Notes under the pieces: generated by a model
The model's database searches: none
The model's input: the letters and a program-made list of their open reading frames with translations, nothing else
Told to the model about the DNA's origin: nothing
Made by a program: the position numbers and the translations under genes
Part shown: positions 61,607 through 64,000 of the stretch, piece after piece
How the letters are laid out: each line of letters starts with the position of its first letter
Numbering within the stretch: the first letter of the stretch is position 1
Assembly (NCBI GenBank): GCA_965153285.1
Contig: OZ229110.1
Origin: Podarcis tiliguerta
Lineage: Eukaryota
Length of the DNA: 64,000 nt
Strand: one strand, 5' to 3'

Positions 61607-64000
61607 CAGAACTTGAAAGAATGTTAGAAGAACTCTCCTCAGTGTAATTCAGCAAAAAAGTATTAATAGTGGGTATTTTTAGTTAGTCTTCAGAAATTTA
61701 AGAAACCATATCCCAAATATATTTATATTTGAACATACAGATGTTTATTTGTATGCATTGGCTAATTCTATCTATATAATTCTTGTTAATCTCTCCAGCA
61801 CACGTGTTGTATTATGCTAGGAATAGATAATGTGATCACCGCTCCCCAAGGGCATTTGGAGCTCAGCGCAATGATACACATGTGCCCCCACCCCTGTGCA
61901 GTCAGAATGTGATGTAAATGACAGTACGTTAAGATCTGCTATCTGCTTCCTTTCTTTAATGCACAACTACATCAGTTGTTACCTACTAATGGCTGTTCAG
62001 TTTATATATTAAAATGTCATATACTTAAGAACCTATTACCACGTGAAACACTGGTGTTTCAAACTAATTATAGGTTGTGAAATTTCACCATGGGCAAATG
62101 ACAGTTGTTCAAACTTGAAAAGTGTGAGCATGAAGACATTGCCACACTGTGCTCAAGCTAAGGTTCCTTCAGTCAGGTATAAGTAAACCATGTGATCTTC
62201 ACCACAACTATAAGGAAAGTCAGTACACCTGCCGACATATCTGGTTCATTTGACAAGCATTGGATTAATAATTGAGAAAGTGTTCTTGACATCCTCCTAA
62301 GGCAGATTCATCCATGCGTGTACATGAGTCAATGAGTCAGCACTCAGTGACCTAAACTAAATGTGAGGGTTGCAGTTTTAACTGAAAATTGTTGTAGTTG
62401 AGGCACTGGATGATTTGAAACTTCTTTCTGCACTGTTTGGCTGCTTCACAGATGCATTGTCCTCTTGATTCTTGTCCGAGTGACCAGTTTTCCACATGAA
62501 TTCATCTCAAAATCATTCTAACACCAAGGAAACTTGTCCCTTGTGGAATCTAAATCTTCAGTACTATAAATTAAAATTATCTCAAATCATCCCTTAATAT
62601 TTTCTCTCTGTCTGTCTGTCTGCCTGCCTGTCTGTCTGTGTCTGGGTTAATATAAGCAGTTGTCATTCTGGAGACACTGCCAGTGTGTGCAAAAACTCAG
62701 AGGCTGCATTCACATGGCAGTTTATTCTCTAAATATGTGTTCCCTTAACTGTTAATAATACTGGAGCTTCAGGTACAAAAGTGGAATATGGATCACATTT
62801 AGCATTCAAGACCATACTTTTTGCAAACAGGTCCCCCCCCCCCTCCCGGGAGTAAATTACATGGAACTTTGATTCTATTGATACTTAAACAATGCACACA
62901 TAACCCCTGTGCCTGGTGTGCAACAATGGACTTAGGTAGCTAGAATGTCTAAGAGTTGGCAGCTGGTAGTATTTGTTTTCTGATTTTTGAAATCTACTTT
63001 CCTGTTTCCCCCCATACCTCTCACAGAGCTTTTCATTTTAATTCTATGGTCCTGCATTCTCTTAGTATCTGCACAGCACTGAAAAAAGATTTAGCATCCT
63101 TTTTACAAAACTATTTCTAAAACCTGCCTTCAGCTGGTGTGACTCATTCAGAAATGTAAAAGAAAGGTGGAAGACACATAATTGTCACTTGCCCTATCCC
63201 CCCCCCCCCCCGCTGCCCCCCATCCAACTTTGATCTTCAGGATGAATGAATCAGAAGAGAATTTTAAAGTGGATTAAATGAACTTAGTTTTAATCATTTA
63301 TTGCAATATTGTTTTTATGGCATCCCCCCTCCCCCAATAAAGGGTTTATTGTGATATATCACTTCAGGCGATGGAAACAGCATCTATAGCACCAGTGAAT
63401 AGAAAGTTTTATTAAGAAATGTTACAGTTAATGGCTGCCATCAGGGGGTCCAAAAATATGGACAGAAATAGTTTTATACTGTTAACTTACTAAAGAGAGT
63501 GAATGTTATAAACTGAGAGGAAGAGATCACCCAGCTTTTGGTGAGGTTCTTTTGTTTGTGTTTTGTTCCCTGTTGCCAATTAAAAAGTTGAAATTTGGCA
63601 CATTCAGAGATACAAGAAATATTTTCAGCATGAAGTTCATATATGGCTTTCAGCATGAATGCATCACTATCATCCAGCCACCATTCATTTCTGCTTCACA
63701 AATCATTAAAACTGAAACATTGTAAGGACTCAAGCAGCATTGCTCTAAACTTCAAGCAGTGTTGCTCTATTCAGCTTTGCTGTTTGTCCCTGCATGAAAG
63801 TAGAAGCTGTGGTCTGTGCCCTTGTCATTTCTGGCAATGGCTCCCCATTTTGTGACCAGTATTAAACAATTGCCTGTCATAAGCACACAGACTTCTGACG
63901 GAGAAGACTATATTATTGTCATTCTGTTTATCCCAACAAAGAGCTGCGAGAATCAGGCTTGTAGCCAAGATAGGGCTTGCTGGGACCAACTCACCTCTCA

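Overview
This is CpG-depleted, AT-rich vertebrate DNA, intronic or intergenic. It is almost certainly from a squamate and probably a lacertid lizard, since it carries Podarcis-type Sauria SINEs, Bov-B/RTE, CR1 and L2 remnants and squamate MITEs. No protein-coding gene, rRNA, tRNA or CRISPR array is supported. The ORF track is chance ORFs, microsatellite read-throughs and decayed LINE ORF2 pieces. The interpretable content is transposable elements, several with exact target-site duplications (TSDs): a solo LTR, hAT, Tc1/pogo and Harbinger MITEs, Sauria SINEs and Bov-B. There are also microsatellites and some element-poor, motif-dense blocks that may be conserved enhancers. Two RNA-level features stand out. 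(1) A Penelope-like terminal repeat at 1-240 contains a minimal type I hammerhead ribozyme with a G5->A core substitution. (2) A ~780-bp non-coding DIRS/Ngaro-like unit at 12166-12943 has a minus-strand TATA, a splice donor and a poly(A) signal, with a multi-hairpin, pseudoknot-capable RNA domain closed by a perfect 14-bp inverted repeat. Family names come from recalled consensus motifs, not database searches.
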